Shown: positions 61,269 to 64,000 of the stretch, piece by piece
How positions within the stretch are numbered: position 1 is the stretch's first letter
Layout: each line of letters begins with the position of its first letter
Assembly (NCBI RefSeq): GCF_009914755.1
Contig: NC_060942.1
Strand: one strand, 5' to 3'
DNA from: the human T2T-CHM13v2.0 reference genome, Homo sapiens
Length of the DNA stretch: 64,000 bases
Made by a program: the position numbers and the translations under genes
The notes under the pieces: generated by a model
Told to the model about the DNA's origin: nothing
Seen by the model: the letters and a program-made list of their open reading frames with translations, nothing else
Databases searched by the model: none

Positions 61269-61324
61269 AAGGAGATACAGGGACTCACACACTTGGTCTT
61301 TATTTGAGGTAACTTAATTCAAAT

Positions 61325-62155
61325 GACTTCTTAGAATTATATGGGATAACGACCACAATAGAAATTTCTGGAGATTCTTGTCCTACCCACAGCCTTCTTT
61401 ACTAGAAACTACTCTCCCCACCAGTAGTCTGGGTGGAAGGAGAAGTGGGATCCAGGTAGACTTTGTTTGTACCATGCTCCCTCCCCTCCCCTGATTGGAT
61501 CTGTGGTGGATGCCTGACCAGAGTCCAGCCAATCCACTTGTTGGCCAGCATCCAATCAGATTCTCTCTTTTGAGAATTTGAAACTGGAGACAGAGAGAGT
61601 GAAGGGGTCCTGAAAGGTCCAGTTGACATAGGCTTGTGTCTATAATGCAGCTCAAAGAGAAATGGAGAGGAGAGAGCAAGATCTGGGAAAAAACACATAG
61701 CTCTGGAGAGGTAGAACAAGGTCTGTTTCCAGGGCAGGAATTTTTGCATGTCCTACAAGGCATTTCTTTTTGATTGGAATCCACAGTCGGATGGATTTAT
61801 TTATTTATTTTTTATTTGAGATGAAAAGTCTTGCTCTGTTGCCCAGGCTGGAGTGCAGTGGTATGATCTCAGCTCACTGCAGCCTCTGTCTCCCCCGGTT
61901 CAAGCCTCCAGAGTAACTGGGACTACAGGCCCATGCCACCACGCCCTGCTAATTTTTGTATGTGTTTTTTTTTTTTTTTTTTTTTTTTTTTAGTAGAAAC
62001 GAGGTTTCACCACATTGGCCAGGCTGGTCTCGAACCCCTGAGCTCAAGTGATCTGCTTGCCTCAGCCTCCCAAAGTGCTGGGATTCAGGCCTGAGCCCCT
62101 TCACCCAGCCAGTTGAGTGGATTTCTGTTCCTTGAAACCCACTGATTCCTGAGAG
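61325..62155 (+). mobile_element. ERVL LTR relic (LTR33/LTR16-like) with nested Alu (61795-62110, minus strand)
   Basis: ccaatcagattctctc...gaatttgaactggaga...ttctgttccttgaaaccc; Alu TSD agt..g.tggattt. Confidence 0.5.
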
Positions 62156-62214
62156 AATGATGTGAACCATATGCTTCTCTCTGGTTGTGACAGCATGTAT
62201 TGACTTATCTACAG

Positions 62215-62545
62215 TATATTAGTCTGTTTTCACACTGCCGATAAAGACTGGGAAGAAAATAGGTTTATTGGACTCACAGTTCAATGGCTGGGGAGACCTC
62301 ACAATCATGGCGGAAGGCAAAAGGCACTTCCTACATGGCATCAGCAGAGAGAATTTACGCAAGTATACGCCCGTTTTTAGAACCATCAGATCTCATGAAA
62401 CTCATTCTCTATCACGAGAGCAGTGCAGGAAAGACCCGCCCCCATAATTCAATCACCTCCCACTGGGTTCTTCCCAGACACGTGGGAATTGTGGGAGTTA
62501 CAATTCAAGATGAAATTTGGGTGGGGACACAGCCAAACCATATGA
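62215..62545 (-). mobile_element. THE1 solo LTR
   Basis: attagtctgttttcacactgccgataaagac...gacacagccaaaccatat. Confidence 0.85.
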
Positions 62546-62557
62546 TATGGTATGTTA

Positions 62558-62860
<303 letters not shown>

Positions 62861-64000
62861 TTATGTAAATGACATACAATTTAGAGTTTTTTGGGGGAGG
62901 GGAGTTAAAGACTAGTTGTGTTTTTCTTGACAAGATAGTGTGAAGTCTCCGGAGTGGAATCCTCAATTCTTGTTCAGCAAATGTTTGAGTACCTGCCACA
63001 TACCAAAGGGACTCCTGTGGTTGGACACATCTGCACTACTCCAGACAGGCTTTCCTCAGCCTTTCCTATGCAGCTAAGACCTGGTCAAGAGACAAGATTA
63101 TTCAGCTTCTGAGTGATACATATTGCTTGCTTCTCTGTCTTTCGGCTCTGCCTGCATTTTCCAAGTTTCAGGCTCCTAGGTGTCTCTGCCACTGGGTGGA
63201 GGAAAGAACAGAGGAGATGCAGGGGAAAATAATTAAAGCCAGCCAGTCTTGCTCCATACTTTGAGTTCCAGCTCTAAGTTTGGTGAAGGAAATAGTTCAC
63301 AGGCTGATGGGGAGAATGTTTAGTTAAGAAATCTTTACTTTTGAATTATCATCGATGTGTCCATTAGATTCCTGACATTTCCAGTTCTGTGGAGGCAGCA
63401 GAAGGTGGGGGAAGAATCCAGCCTTCAGGCCTGTGTCCTTTCCAATCCTGGCTTTACTAATGGGGGGATGTGGGCAAGGTCCACTCTTATCTTCAAGCCT
63501 TTGTTTCCCATTGATAAAATGAACATTAATAATCTAACTCACAGAGTGGTTTTAGGAGCAAATAAGAAACTAGATGGAAAGAGATTTCCACATCATAAGG
63601 AATAAAGAATGTGTGGGGGATGGTCAGTGAGGCCGTAGTGGAGAAATGGCTGTGTCTGCAGCACGAGTCTCAACCTGCCCTGACTTGCAACACCTCCAAG
63701 ATTCCAGACTCAGGATTCTTTTCCTTTTAATCCTTCTTTTCTGTAGCTCTCTCTGGGGAAAGAAAAAAAAATGCCTCCAGTAGGGGGATTACAGAACATA
63801 GAAACAAGCCTTCATTTTGGAATACTTAGTAAGGTATTTCTCTCTATTGAAGATTCTTGATCAAAGGTAAATCTGTTTTATATTTTGGTCAATTTGAGTA
63901 AAAGTCACTGAACTCTTTTCCTCCCACAGTCTATACAGAAGGTGAAAAAGAAGAATCATCAAAGGGCTGGGCATTTCCTTCCAAGCACTCTCCCCCAGGG

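Overview
Repeat-dense primate (most likely human or another catarrhine) intergenic or intronic DNA. I find no supportable protein-coding gene. The recognisable ORFs in the track are Alu, L1 or LTR translations, and none of the others resembles a protein I know. The window holds about 35 Alu/FLAM/FRAM/FAM copies, a near full-length decayed L1MA/L1PB-type element (45.6-53.6 kb), several 5'-truncated L1s, MaLR/ERV solo LTRs, hAT and Tc1/mariner DNA transposons, L2/MIR relics, microsatellites and a retroposed U1 snRNA pseudogene. I cannot support a new biological system from sequence alone. The best leads are: (i) two inverted Alus sharing seven private variants with intact TSDs, which looks like an Alu-Alu gene-conversion tract; (ii) a 44-bp segment repeated 1.9 kb apart at 40/44 identity between two ancient MLT1 LTRs; (iii) a multi-level nested transposon stack; (iv) candidate + strand splice signals (an AG|GTGAGT site and a 122-nt exon); (v) a strong CTCF motif and a motif-rich candidate enhancer. 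Subfamily names come from recalled consensus sequences, and boundaries of old elements are approximate.
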